NCBI RefSeq assembly: GCF_000008665.1
Contig: NC_000917.1
Coordinates: 360,001 to 392,000 of the forward strand
Length of the DNA: 32,000 nucleotides
Origin: Archaeoglobus fulgidus DSM 4304
Lineage (GTDB): Archaea; Halobacteriota; Archaeoglobi; Archaeoglobales; Archaeoglobaceae
Direction of reading: 5' to 3'
In this document: positions 1 through 9,518 of the stretch, one piece after another
Numbering within the stretch: position 1 is the stretch's first letter
Layout of the letters: every line of letters begins with the position of its first letter
Notes under the pieces: model-generated
Database searches by the model: none
Told to the model about the DNA's origin: nothing
What the model saw: only the letters and a program-made list of their open reading frames with translations
Made by a program: the position numbers and the translations under genes

Positions 1-679
1 CAGGATACTCTCCTTTGTCAGTCACCACTTTCCTCACCGCTCCATCGCCCTCAAAAGCCTCTACCTTCTCCCCCAGCCTCAGGTTGACCTTCTCCTCAAG
101 CTTATGCTTCACCAAGTCCGCAACATCCCTGTCGAGGTTTGGGAGTGGTTGATCAAGAAACTCCACAACCGTTACTTTCTTCCCTCTCGCTGCCGCAGCT
201 TCGGCCATCTCAACTCCTACGTAGCCAGCACCAACGATTACAACGTTCTCCGCCTTCTCAACCGCCTCTCTCAGCTCAGCCGCCTGTACAGGATGTCTGA
301 CGGTGAAAACGTTTTCCAGCTCAAGGCCCTCGAAGGGTGGGGTTTTTGGAAGTGCTCCGGTGGCGATTACAAGCTTATCCCACTCGTAGGTTTTCTCCTG
401 ACCGTCCTCTATGACTCTCACAAAGCCGTCTCCAGCCTCAACTACCTTCGCGTTGATGTGCAAATCAATGCCCCTTTTCTCCCTGAAAAATTCCGGCGGG
501 TAGTACATCAGGTGTGAGGGGTCGCTCAAGCCTTCAACAACGTACGGAATCCCGCATGGAGCGTGGCTGACAAAGTTGGTCTCCTCAAAAACCGTAACCT
601 CCCACTCAGGCTGCAAAGCCTTAACTCTCGAAGCAGCGCTCATTCCCGCTGCCCCACCGCCGATAACAACTACCCTCAT
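1..679 (-). CDS. noxA: FAD-dependent NADH oxidase / CoA-disulfide-reductase-like protein, N-terminal part (runs off window start)
   Basis: Minus-strand reading from ATG at 679 gives MRVVVIGGGAAGMSAASRVKALQPEWEVTVFEE...HAPCGIPYVVEG...; GxGxxG FAD motif plus the CGIPY redox-Cys motif; a second nucleotide-binding motif VVIVGAGYVGVEMAEA follows. Not in the ORF track because it is truncated by the window edge. Confidence 0.85.
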   Translation of the reverse strand, partial: MRVVVIGGGAAGMSAASRVKALQPEWEVTVFEETNFVSHAPCGIPYVVEGLSDPSHLMYYPPEFFREKRGIDLHINAKVVEAGDGFVRVIEDGQEKTYEWDKLVIATGALPKTPPFEGLELENVFTVRHPVQAAELREAVEKAENVVIVGAGYVGVEMAEAAAARGKKVTVVEFLDQPLPNLDRDVADLVKHKLEEKVNLRLGEKVEAFEGDGAVRKVVTDKGEYP

Positions 680-698
680 GCTTTATCATTGTTCAAGA

Positions 699-1505
699 CT
701 AATTTATGCTTTTCGCGGTTTTGGGAAGTTGAGTAATCTGTGGTTTTGTAGGAGCGAAAAGGCTCTGAGTTTCAAAATGGCCGTAAAGCTCACAACCCCA
801 TTTAATAGCGCTGTCTTCGTAGCTTACCAGCCCTCTTTTTAAGTCGTACTCTCCCTTTTTATTAAACAAACCAAGGCAGAGCCCCTCACTGCAAGCAATG
901 CAAACCAGTTTTATTTCCCCACACGACATCAGCTTCCCACTGAATGAATTAACCTCCTCTGAGTACTCCTTAAGCCTCGGTAAAACACTCCTGCCAATAA
1001 CAATGGAAATATCAACTTCCTGTGAAAGTTTGGAAAGAAAAGCGGGATATTCGGGGAGAAAGAATCCGAAAACAGCCCTGATCCACTTTGATTTGCTTAC
1101 CATATTCATAAAAACTTCTTTGTGCTTCAAAACCTCATTCTCTCCGCTCTCTATTATCGTGTAATCTCCAAGCTCTCCAAGTCTTAGGAGAAGATGTGGA
1201 GGGATTGCTGCTAAATCGTGCTGATTCCAGAACTCGAAGTCTCTTTCGATTAAAGAATAAGTTTTCTTTAGAGTTTCGCCAGAATGGAGAGTAATGAGCC
1301 CCTTCAAGGTGATGGCAAATCGTCTTCCATTTTTTTCAATCAATCTTTCTTCCAGAAGATTTTTAAGGTGGTCAGAAACTGCTGCTGGACTCAATCTAAG
1401 ATTGCAAGAAATTTCAGAGTTGGTAAGTGAGTTTTTGGCAAGTAACATCAGGATTTCTCTCTTTCTTTTAGGTAATATCATTGTGAGCAAGTGGCAATAT
1501 TGCAA
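699..1505 (-). CDS. Winged-HTH transcriptional regulator with FilR1/DUF1724-like C-terminal domain
   Basis: LAKNSLTNSEISCNLRLSPAAVSDHLKNLLEERLIEKNGRRFAITLKG is an ArsR-like wHTH; overall layout resembles archaeal FilR1-type regulators. Probable start is the internal MILPKRKREI (about 1481). Confidence 0.75.
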   Translation of the reverse strand: MQYCHLLTMILPKRKREILMLLAKNSLTNSEISCNLRLSPAAVSDHLKNLLEERLIEKNGRRFAITLKGLITLHSGETLKKTYSLIERDFEFWNQHDLAAIPPHLLLRLGELGDYTIIESGENEVLKHKEVFMNMVSKSKWIRAVFGFFLPEYPAFLSKLSQEVDISIVIGRSVLPRLKEYSEEVNSFSGKLMSCGEIKLVCIACSEGLCLGLFNKKGEYDLKRGLVSYEDSAIKWGCELYGHFETQSLFAPTKPQITQLPKTAKSIN

Positions 1506-1635
1506 TATAAATTTTCCGACGTACAGAAAAATTCAAGCTACAAACTTAAAAAGCAAATTAGTTTTAAGTTTTTATCTTAAAGAAAAATTTAAATATCGTC
1601 AGTGAGAGGCACAGTAGCAGTGCGGAGGGGATAGG

Positions 1636-2163
1636 ATGAACAGAATTGTGGGGATATTGATATCGATACTGATGTTAGCATGTATTGGCGTGACAATGGC
1701 TGCTGAAACACCAGTCGAGGCAACCATCGAACCTAAAAATACGTTCTCAGAGCCACTTGCAACCCAGATGGTACTTTTAAAAGGAATCTTTGATCCTAAG
1801 GTTGAACCGATGGATCCAGCTAATGATGCCATTGAAATTACTGGTGTCCTTAAACTGAACCACAATGAGGTAAGGGGAGTAGTAAACATTAACAACAAAA
1901 AAGGCGAATTTGCGGGGAAGTGTACACCATTCAAATCTAGCAATTTCGAAGGAGTAGTGTTGAAATGCGGGTCCGAGGGGTCCATAAAGGTTCTGCAGAT
2001 CAACATTGGCGATGGAAAACTTGAGCTTTTTGGTAAGTACGGCGATGGAATCGTGTTCTTAGAGGGGAAAATTCCAGAAATGAGCTATAAATCTCTTGCT
2101 TCAAGTGCATCTGCACCCACATCAGTTCGACCTGAAGCATGGATGGTGGATATTTTACTTTGA
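1636..2163 (+). CDS. Hypothetical secreted protein with N-terminal signal peptide (possibly the 5' part of a longer frameshifted gene)
   Basis: MNRIVGILISILMLACIGVTMAAE signal-like N-terminus; purine-rich stretch (cggagggg) just upstream; 175 aa ORF. Confidence 0.6.
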   Translation: MNRIVGILISILMLACIGVTMAAETPVEATIEPKNTFSEPLATQMVLLKGIFDPKVEPMDPANDAIEITGVLKLNHNEVRGVVNINNKKGEFAGKCTPFKSSNFEGVVLKCGSEGSIKVLQINIGDGKLELFGKYGDGIVFLEGKIPEMSYKSLASSASAPTSVRPEAWMVDILL

Positions 2164-2200
2164 GAACCACATAGAGTTTTGTGCTGCTCTCTCGGGTTCA

Positions 2201-2389
2201 ATGGAGATAATTGATGGCACGATGGAGCCGTACAGCCTTAGTATTTGGATTGATAAGGAATGGTGGGTTGACGGCGATGGTAAAAGGCATGATGGGGACA
2301 CGCAATTATTGATCGGTAAGGCCGACATTTGGAGCAAGACAATAAAGGCTGAAGTAATTACTGGTGAAACTACGACAACTGGGGGTTGA
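2201..2389 (+). CDS. Hypothetical short ORF, possibly a frameshifted internal segment
   Basis: MEIIDGTMEPYSLSIWIDKEWWVDGDGKRHDGDTQLLIGK...; coding-like composition, but the ORF ends at a GGGGG run where another frame takes over. Confidence 0.35.
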   Translation: MEIIDGTMEPYSLSIWIDKEWWVDGDGKRHDGDTQLLIGKADIWSKTIKAEVITGETTTTGG

Positions 2390-2817
2390 TATTCGATGTT
2401 TATAGCAACTACTACTCCAGACACATTAGCAGACCGAGCATTGGATTAGGAATAGGTCTGGTTAGCAGCATAACTTCACCAATAGACTTCGGCTTCAGTG
2501 CTTCCGCATCGGCTGAGAACACAGTCAAATGCTCGTGGTACAAGGAAACCGAACAAGGATTCGCAAAAGGGCTTAGACTCGAATATAATGACATTTACGC
2601 TATGAAACCCGGAGACAGGATCGCAACCTACTTCCACGTGTATACAGAAGAGGACTTAAACAGCGCAAATCCCGTTTGGTATCCTATGAAAGCAAAAATT
2701 CTGAGAATACCCGTTTATGAGTACAGCTCAACCAGTCCAAATGCACACATCACTGATGTAGGGTCGGACTACCCGATCTACGCTTGGATAGAACACGTGG
2801 ATGACGAACACAGATAA
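2386..2817 (+). CDS. Hypothetical protein, possibly the 3' part of a frameshifted gene
   Basis: 143 aa ORF starting with TTG, overlapping the previous ORF's stop; GFSASASAENTVKCSWYKETEQGFAKGLRLEYNDIYAMKPGDRIATYFHVYTEED. Confidence 0.5.
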   Translation: MIFDVYSNYYSRHISRPSIGLGIGLVSSITSPIDFGFSASASAENTVKCSWYKETEQGFAKGLRLEYNDIYAMKPGDRIATYFHVYTEEDLNSANPVWYPMKAKILRIPVYEYSSTSPNAHITDVGSDYPIYAWIEHVDDEHR

Positions 2818-2818
2818 C

Positions 2819-3535
2819 ATGTCTCCTAATTTTTTGAGAAATGCATTTAGAAGGTTAACGATAACAGCAATCGCCCCTATCGTAATGACGTTCGAGCCTT
2901 TTTTCATTTTTCCCGTAGTGCTGATAACTCTCGCAAGAAGGGGTTTTGTCTACATCCTTTTACCCATAACAGCCGCTTTGATTTTAAGGGCCACAAAGGT
3001 GAACTACGGGCCTCTCACAGTCTCACCTACTATGCACTTCAACACACCTTCCATCGCAGTTTTCGCAGTCTTGCTGGTTGCAACCACCATTGCCTCAGTG
3101 TTCAAACCGAAATTGTGGAGGGCATTTCTCGTAGCCATCGTCGTGATATCGATTCTGCACGCAGCCACACCCATCGAATCGCCGGTGAAGGGCGAGGGTT
3201 GCAACAAGATTTCGATCGAACTGCTCGACTCAGAAACCAACTTCTGTTTCTACATCTCCTCTGCGAAAACCGGTAAAATGTGGTATTATCACGCCACTCT
3301 GCACTTTATGGATTCTGAGGGGTTGGTGGTCAATCGCGTCCATTTGCTTACCGCTGCCCTCACCTTCAGCAGCGAGGTTGTGGAATTTCGCAATGAACAG
3401 GGCAAATTCCACGCAATCTTCTACAGCGAAGTGCCGATTGACAGTTTAAAGCTCAAACTCTGCTACTTCCCGGAAACGGTGATAGGCTCTCTGCCGGTTG
3501 TTTTCTGCAGCTCTGTTGATTTGGAGGTTCGATGA
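2819..3535 (+). CDS. Hypothetical membrane protein with N-terminal hydrophobic helices
   Basis: ORF track 2801..3535; ATG at 2819 (MSPNFLRNAF...) avoids overlap; hydrophobic segments APIVMTFEPFFIFPVVLITLA, FVYILLPITAALIL and IAVFAVLLVATTIASVF. Confidence 0.6.
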   Translation: MSPNFLRNAFRRLTITAIAPIVMTFEPFFIFPVVLITLARRGFVYILLPITAALILRATKVNYGPLTVSPTMHFNTPSIAVFAVLLVATTIASVFKPKLWRAFLVAIVVISILHAATPIESPVKGEGCNKISIELLDSETNFCFYISSAKTGKMWYYHATLHFMDSEGLVVNRVHLLTAALTFSSEVVEFRNEQGKFHAIFYSEVPIDSLKLKLCYFPETVIGSLPVVFCSSVDLEVR

Positions 3536-3580
3536 TTGCGTTGAGGTCTTTTATTCAGATATAAAGTAAAAAATTAAAAC

Positions 3581-5236
3581 TCAAAACCAGAAGGCCATTC
3601 CACCCTCTAAAATTTTCACCTTTTCGAAGCCAGCGTGTTTGAGAATTCTTGACGCCTCAAAGCTTCTGAGACCAATGGCGCAGACGACAACTATCTCTTT
3701 ATCCCTGGGTATCTCGTCAAGCCTTTCCCTCAGCTCAAGGATGGGAATGTGGATGACCTTTTCCGACTCTATTCTTCTGGTTTTGAACTCCTCCTCACTT
3801 CTTACGTCAAGAATCACAATGTCTTCTTTCTCAAGCTTCTCCTTCAGCTCGAAGACGTTAATCCCCTCGAATAGACCATCTCTCTTATTCATTGCGACAT
3901 TTGCGATAGTAATCACCGGGTCGAGAGCGGGGGAGTATGGTGGGGCGTAAGCAAGGTCAAGGTTTGCAAGCTGGTCGATGGTCATTCCGGCCTGAATTGC
4001 CGTGCTTAAAACGTCAATTCTCTTTGCAACCTCCCCCATTCCAACGCCCTGGGCACCGATGACTCTCCATGAGCCCTTTTCGACGATGAGCTTTAACCTG
4101 ATGTAGTTGGCCTGTGGGTAGTAGTGGGCTCTGTCGGGAGAGGGGGCGATGACGGTAAAGTAGTCTAAGCCCGCCTCCTTTGCCATTTGCTCGTTCACTC
4201 CGGCTGAAGCGGCTGTGAAGTCGAATACTTTGAAAATGGCCGTTCTAATCACACCCGGGAAAACGGCCCTCCCTCCCGTTATGTTCTCTCCTATAACTCT
4301 TCCTTGCTTGTTCGCCACGTCACCAAAGGGAGCTATTATTTTCTTGCCCGTAACAAGACACGTGGTCTCGACACAATCCCCACCAGCGTATATGCTTTCG
4401 TCGCTCGTTCTCATGTACTCGTCAACCCATATAGCCCCCGTTTCACCTATTTTCAGCCCAGCCTTCTCAGCGAGTTCGCTGTTTGGTTTGATACCAGTGG
4501 CGACAACAACGACGTCTGCAGGGTACTCCTTTCCGTTCGCAATGACTGCTCTGACTTTATCGTCTTGAGAAACTATCTTCTCCACTCTCGTTGACGTTAC
4601 AACGTTCACTCCCTTTTCCCTCAGGTGGTTCTCCACAAGAACTGCCATTTCTCTGTCAAGCATAGCAGGCGCAACTCTATCCATCATCTCAATTACGGTA
4701 ACCTCCATGTCCAGATTTTTCAGAGCCTCGGCGGATTCAAGCCCTATGAACCCTGCTCCGATGACCACAGCCTTCTCCGCCCCCTCTTCCCACATTTCGA
4801 TGATTTTCTCCGCTTCCTCGGCACTCGTAAGTGTTACAACGCCCTCTGCCTCAATCCCCTCAATCGGCGGCTTAGCTGGTCTGGCTCCTGTGGCAATCAC
4901 CAGATAATCGTAGTTGAGCTCGTCCTCACTGCCGTTCCTCACAATTTTCACGGTCTTCCTGCTCCTGTCTATTTCGGTTGCCACCGTTTCAGTCAGCACG
5001 TCGATGTTTTTCAGCTTCTTGAAGTAAGCCTCGTCTCTCACCGCCCCGTAGGTAGTTTCCCTCAGATTGTCAACTTCGTGAACAAGTCCGCCAACGTAGT
5101 AGGGCAGCCCGCATCTCCCTAAAGAGACGTATTTTCCAGCTTCAACAACGGTGATGCTTGCATCTCCATCCTTTCTTCTGATTCTGGAGGCAGCCTTCAG
5201 TCCAGCAGCCCCTCCGCCGATTACAACAACGTTCAT
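3581..5236 (-). CDS. noxA: Pyridine nucleotide-disulfide oxidoreductase (NADH oxidase / CoA-disulfide or persulfide reductase class) with C-terminal rhodanese domain
   Basis: MNVVVIGGGAAGLKAASRIRR, GRCGLPYYVGG active-site Cys, KAVVIGAGFIGLESAE, SIYAGGDCVE; C-terminal IVILDVRSEEEFKTRRIESEKVIHIP...EIVVVCAIGLRSFEASRIL rhodanese module with CAIGLRS loop. Confidence 0.92.
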   Translation of the reverse strand: MNVVVIGGGAAGLKAASRIRRKDGDASITVVEAGKYVSLGRCGLPYYVGGLVHEVDNLRETTYGAVRDEAYFKKLKNIDVLTETVATEIDRSRKTVKIVRNGSEDELNYDYLVIATGARPAKPPIEGIEAEGVVTLTSAEEAEKIIEMWEEGAEKAVVIGAGFIGLESAEALKNLDMEVTVIEMMDRVAPAMLDREMAVLVENHLREKGVNVVTSTRVEKIVSQDDKVRAVIANGKEYPADVVVVATGIKPNSELAEKAGLKIGETGAIWVDEYMRTSDESIYAGGDCVETTCLVTGKKIIAPFGDVANKQGRVIGENITGGRAVFPGVIRTAIFKVFDFTAASAGVNEQMAKEAGLDYFTVIAPSPDRAHYYPQANYIRLKLIVEKGSWRVIGAQGVGMGEVAKRIDVLSTAIQAGMTIDQLANLDLAYAPPYSPALDPVITIANVAMNKRDGLFEGINVFELKEKLEKEDIVILDVRSEEEFKTRRIESEKVIHIPILELRERLDEIPRDKEIVVVCAIGLRSFEASRILKHAGFEKVKILEGGMAFWF

Positions 5237-5320
5237 GGACCCCCGACTGCAGCGCTTATTATATGGCTTGCTATTTTCAGCTTACCCAAAAATGTTAAGT
5301 TTTCGAGCCGTACTTCCCAC

Positions 5321-6175
5321 ATGTTCTCAGCACACGCTCCTGCGCTTGTGGATTATATCTATCTCATCGACAGGTATCCACAAAGGGGCGGGCACAGCAT
5401 AATCCTCTCCACCCGGAAATCGCCGGGTGGTGCAGGTGCGAACGTGGCCCACAACCTTGCCAGCCTGGGTGTTGAATCAACGCTCTTCACGACACTGGGA
5501 AGGGACGAGGACGGAATTTACTTCGTCGAGAACACCTTGGCGAAGGTGAAAGCCGAGATAACTGATGAGAAAACGGGCAAAGTTCACGTTTTCGTCGATG
5601 GGGAGGGAGAGAGAACGTTTTTTGTAGAGCCAAATGCCGCTGGAAAGCCATTTGTTGAGGTGGATGGCGGGGATTACCTCTACCTCGACCCCTTCCCTTC
5701 CGAGCACAGCTTTGAAGTTCAGAGAAAGGAGGCTGAGAGATTTGATGGCTTTGTAATACTCAATCCCGGTTTTCCCTATTCAAGCCTCGGATTTGAAAGG
5801 CTCAAGCAGATTCTTCAGCACGTGGACATGCTCATAATGTCCGCTGACGAGTTCAGCCTTCTTGGTGTTGAGACCGCAGACGTGCTGAGATTCGTGGACT
5901 ACCTGATTGTCACCCAGGGGAAGCTAGGCAGCGCTTGCTACACCAAGAAGGGCAGCTTTCAGTCCCCAGCATTTCCAGCCAAGGTTGCTGACACCACTGG
6001 AGCGGGGGATGCCTTCGCTGCTGGCTTCATCTATGGCTTTATCAAAAATTACCCCCTCGAAGTCTGCCTTACGCTGGGAAACTTCTGCGGAGCTTACAAC
6101 GTCGAAAGGGTTGGAGCGAGAAACTTTCCATCAAAGAGCACCATCGATGAATTTCTCGCAAGAGTTTTAAGATGA
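5321..6175 (+). CDS. PfkB/ribokinase-family carbohydrate kinase
   Basis: SPGGAGANVAHNLASLG...LFTTLGRD N-terminal signature and the C-terminal VADTTGAGDAFAAGFIYG (DTTGAGD) signature. Confidence 0.9.
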   Translation: MFSAHAPALVDYIYLIDRYPQRGGHSIILSTRKSPGGAGANVAHNLASLGVESTLFTTLGRDEDGIYFVENTLAKVKAEITDEKTGKVHVFVDGEGERTFFVEPNAAGKPFVEVDGGDYLYLDPFPSEHSFEVQRKEAERFDGFVILNPGFPYSSLGFERLKQILQHVDMLIMSADEFSLLGVETADVLRFVDYLIVTQGKLGSACYTKKGSFQSPAFPAKVADTTGAGDAFAAGFIYGFIKNYPLEVCLTLGNFCGAYNVERVGARNFPSKSTIDEFLARVLR

Positions 6176-6193
6176 AAGGGGGATAATTTAATA

Positions 6194-6367
6194 ATGGACA
6201 TTAGAATAATGGCCGAAAAGCTTGGATTTAAAAGAGTGTATAAGGAGGATTGTGAACTCTGCATCATGGGTTACACGGGCAAAAGGTGCAAGTATCTTAG
6301 AAAGATTGGTAAGGAGTTTTATTGCGTAAGAGATGCTGCAAAAAAGGACCCAAGGCTGAGGTTCTGA
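6194..6367 (+). CDS. Small four-cysteine protein (57 aa), not in the supplied ORF track
   Basis: ATG to TGA reads MDIRIMAEKLGFKRVYKEDCELCIMGYTGKRCKYLRKIGKEFYCVRDAAKKDPRLRF; fits the gap between the PfkB kinase and GGGP synthase genes. Below the 60-aa cut-off of the track. Confidence 0.55.
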   Translation: MDIRIMAEKLGFKRVYKEDCELCIMGYTGKRCKYLRKIGKEFYCVRDAAKKDPRLRF

Positions 6368-6373
6368 ACCTAA

Positions 6374-7943
<1,570 letters not shown>

Positions 7944-7948
7944 AGCAA

Positions 7949-7955
7949 GATTTAT
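7949..7955 (+). promoter_or_regulatory. Candidate TATA box for tRNA-Arg
   Basis: agcaagaTTTATAAtacc about 30 nt upstream of the tRNA 5' end. Confidence 0.45.
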
Positions 7956-7981
7956 AATACCAGCAATCGTGCTTGGAAAGA

Positions 7982-8055
7982 GGACCCGTAGCCTAGCAGG
8001 ACAGGGCGTGGGCCTCCTAAGCCCAAGGTCGCGGGTTCGAATCCCGCCGGGTCCG
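7982..8055 (+). tRNA. tRNA-Arg, anticodon CCT (no encoded CCA)
   Basis: GGACCCG TA GCCT-AGCAGGACA-GGGC G TGGGC CTCCTAA GCCCA AGGTC GCGGG TTCGAAT CCCGC CGGGTCC G: complete cloverleaf; anticodon loop CT-CCT-AA. Confidence 0.95.
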
Positions 8056-8137
8056 CTTCTGTTCTCAATCCTTCTGGCGCTTGTGGGTTTAGAGACCAAC
8101 ACAAACTTTAAATCTGAGAAAGTTGCACATCCAAAAT

Positions 8138-8389
8138 ATGGCGGTCAAGCTTATCAGATGCCCGTCCTGCGGAGAGGAGATTGAAATCACCGATTTGTAT
8201 GAGGGTGTTGAGATTCAGTGCTCGCTCTGCAACTCAATAATGGTTTACCAGGAGGGGAAGTTACTCCTGCTCGATACAAACGAGGAGTTTGATTTGGATG
8301 AGCTCGAAAGCGTTGAGGAAGAGGAAGAATTTGAGGATTACGATGAGTTCGAGGAGGAAGAGGAGTACTACTACGACGACGAGTACTGA
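8138..8389 (+). CDS. Small zinc-ribbon protein with acidic Glu/Tyr/Asp tail (LysW-like layout)
   Basis: MAVKLIRCPSCGEEIEITDLYEGVEIQCSLCNSIMVYQEGKLLLLD... two CxxC pairs followed by EEEEEFEDYDEFEEEEEYYYDDEY. Confidence 0.75.
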   Translation: MAVKLIRCPSCGEEIEITDLYEGVEIQCSLCNSIMVYQEGKLLLLDTNEEFDLDELESVEEEEEFEDYDEFEEEEEYYYDDEY

Positions 8390-9021
8390 TTAAATACAAT
8401 CTGTCTTTTTATATATTTTGCCGGTATCTCTTCTGCGAGTGCAATAAGGTCGTTCGCCTTGATAATTCTTATTCCGTCTTCTCTAGCCTTTTTGGCGTCT
8501 ATTTCTAGAACAATTGGTGTATCAGTCCTGATGCTCGCCACCTCCTTGCTCTTCTCGATTGTTGTTGACAGGTGAACGTATCTCTGGTTCACGGGCTTTA
8601 TCCCGATTTCAAGCATTCTGTGAGCTTCCTCCTCGCTTGTTCCGTAATACAGAACGTCCTCTTTTGCCTCAGGAAAGTCGCTGAGCTTTACATCAATGCT
8701 GTGCCCGTATCGCGCCCTTATTTTGTCGCCCTTCAGCTCGTACCTCTGCTTTTCGTCGCTGTAAACGAGAGCTTTAATCAGCCAGATGTTCGCCCACTTG
8801 TACCTCCTTTTCACAACTCTTGCAAGAGATTCAAGGTTCACCCAGCCGTTCTCGTCCATATTGAGACCGAACTTGTCGGGGAAGTGCCTCAGAACTCCGG
8901 AAATGAATTTTCCAAGCTTTTCAACCTTCTCCTTGGGCAGAATCAGTTCTCCCTCCGCACCGCACCTGCACTTCTCCCCTCTGTAAAACCCGTGCTCTGG
9001 GCAGAATCTTATTTCCTCCAT
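8371..9021 (-). CDS. kptA: RNA 2'-phosphotransferase (Tpt1/KptA family) with N-terminal Zn-binding extension
   Basis: LGKFISGVLRHFPDKFGLNMDENGWV...KRRYKWANIWLIKALVYSDEKQRYEL...IRARYGHS...LYYGTSEEEAHRMLEIGIKPVNQRYVHLS: KptA signature motifs. Confidence 0.92.
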   Translation of the reverse strand: MEEIRFCPEHGFYRGEKCRCGAEGELILPKEKVEKLGKFISGVLRHFPDKFGLNMDENGWVNLESLARVVKRRYKWANIWLIKALVYSDEKQRYELKGDKIRARYGHSIDVKLSDFPEAKEDVLYYGTSEEEAHRMLEIGIKPVNQRYVHLSTTIEKSKEVASIRTDTPIVLEIDAKKAREDGIRIIKANDLIALAEEIPAKYIKRQIVFNQYSSS

Positions 9022-9518
9022 TCTCCCACCACCTTTACAGCCAGCAACATCGCAATCGCCCCAATGGCGCTGCAGGTTTCAAGGCTTACCCCTTTGCGTG
9101 TCACGTCGAGGTGGTATTTTGCGGACTTTAACATTTCCCGTGGCAAACCCCTTCTTCCGAGACCTATTAAAAAAGTTGCCGATTTGAACGCTGCTAAAGT
9201 ATCGGGATTGACTACTTTGTCCGGGTCAGGCTTGGACGTTGTGGCAACCACCTCTCCGAAATGAGCCGGAATCTTATCTATTAGGTGAAGTTTCCCGGAT
9301 TCTGCGAGATATAGCAGGTATTTCCCGCCTTCTCCGATGGTCGTGTAGTTGGCAACCTCCTCAGCCACCTCCTTCTCACTCCTCCAGAAGGGAAAGTCGA
9401 GCAAAGCGAGGTGAAAGTTGAAGGCGTAGCAGAGCGGTGCTGCCCGTGCAATGCTCCGCAAGTGAATTTCGTGTTTTTTCAGCTTGTCGTAGGTGTTGAC
9501 AAGGCAGATGGAGATCAT
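9009..9518 (-). CDS. DUF531-family archaeal protein
   Basis: MISICLVNTYDKLKKHEIHLRSIARAAPLCYAFNFHLALLDFPF...TTIGEGGKYL...IGLGRRGLPREMLKSAKYHLDVTRKGVSLETCSAIGAIA resembles DUF531 as recalled. Confidence 0.75.
   Translation of the reverse strand: MISICLVNTYDKLKKHEIHLRSIARAAPLCYAFNFHLALLDFPFWRSEKEVAEEVANYTTIGEGGKYLLYLAESGKLHLIDKIPAHFGEVVATTSKPDPDKVVNPDTLAAFKSATFLIGLGRRGLPREMLKSAKYHLDVTRKGVSLETCSAIGAIAMLLAVKVVGEWRK

Noticed and set aside
1599-2006. 135-aa minus-strand ORF
   Set aside because: Opposes the signal-peptide ORF, which has better start context and composition.
4625-5122. 165-aa plus-strand ORF and neighbours at 4215..4594
   Set aside because: Antisense shadows of the rhodanese-fused flavoprotein gene, no supporting motifs.
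8290-8389. GAG/GAA-rich low-complexity DNA resembling a simple repeat
   Set aside because: In frame and explained by the acidic tail of the zinc-ribbon protein.
8572-9264. 230-aa plus-strand ORF
   Set aside because: Antisense to kptA and the DUF531 gene, both of which have recognisable family motifs.
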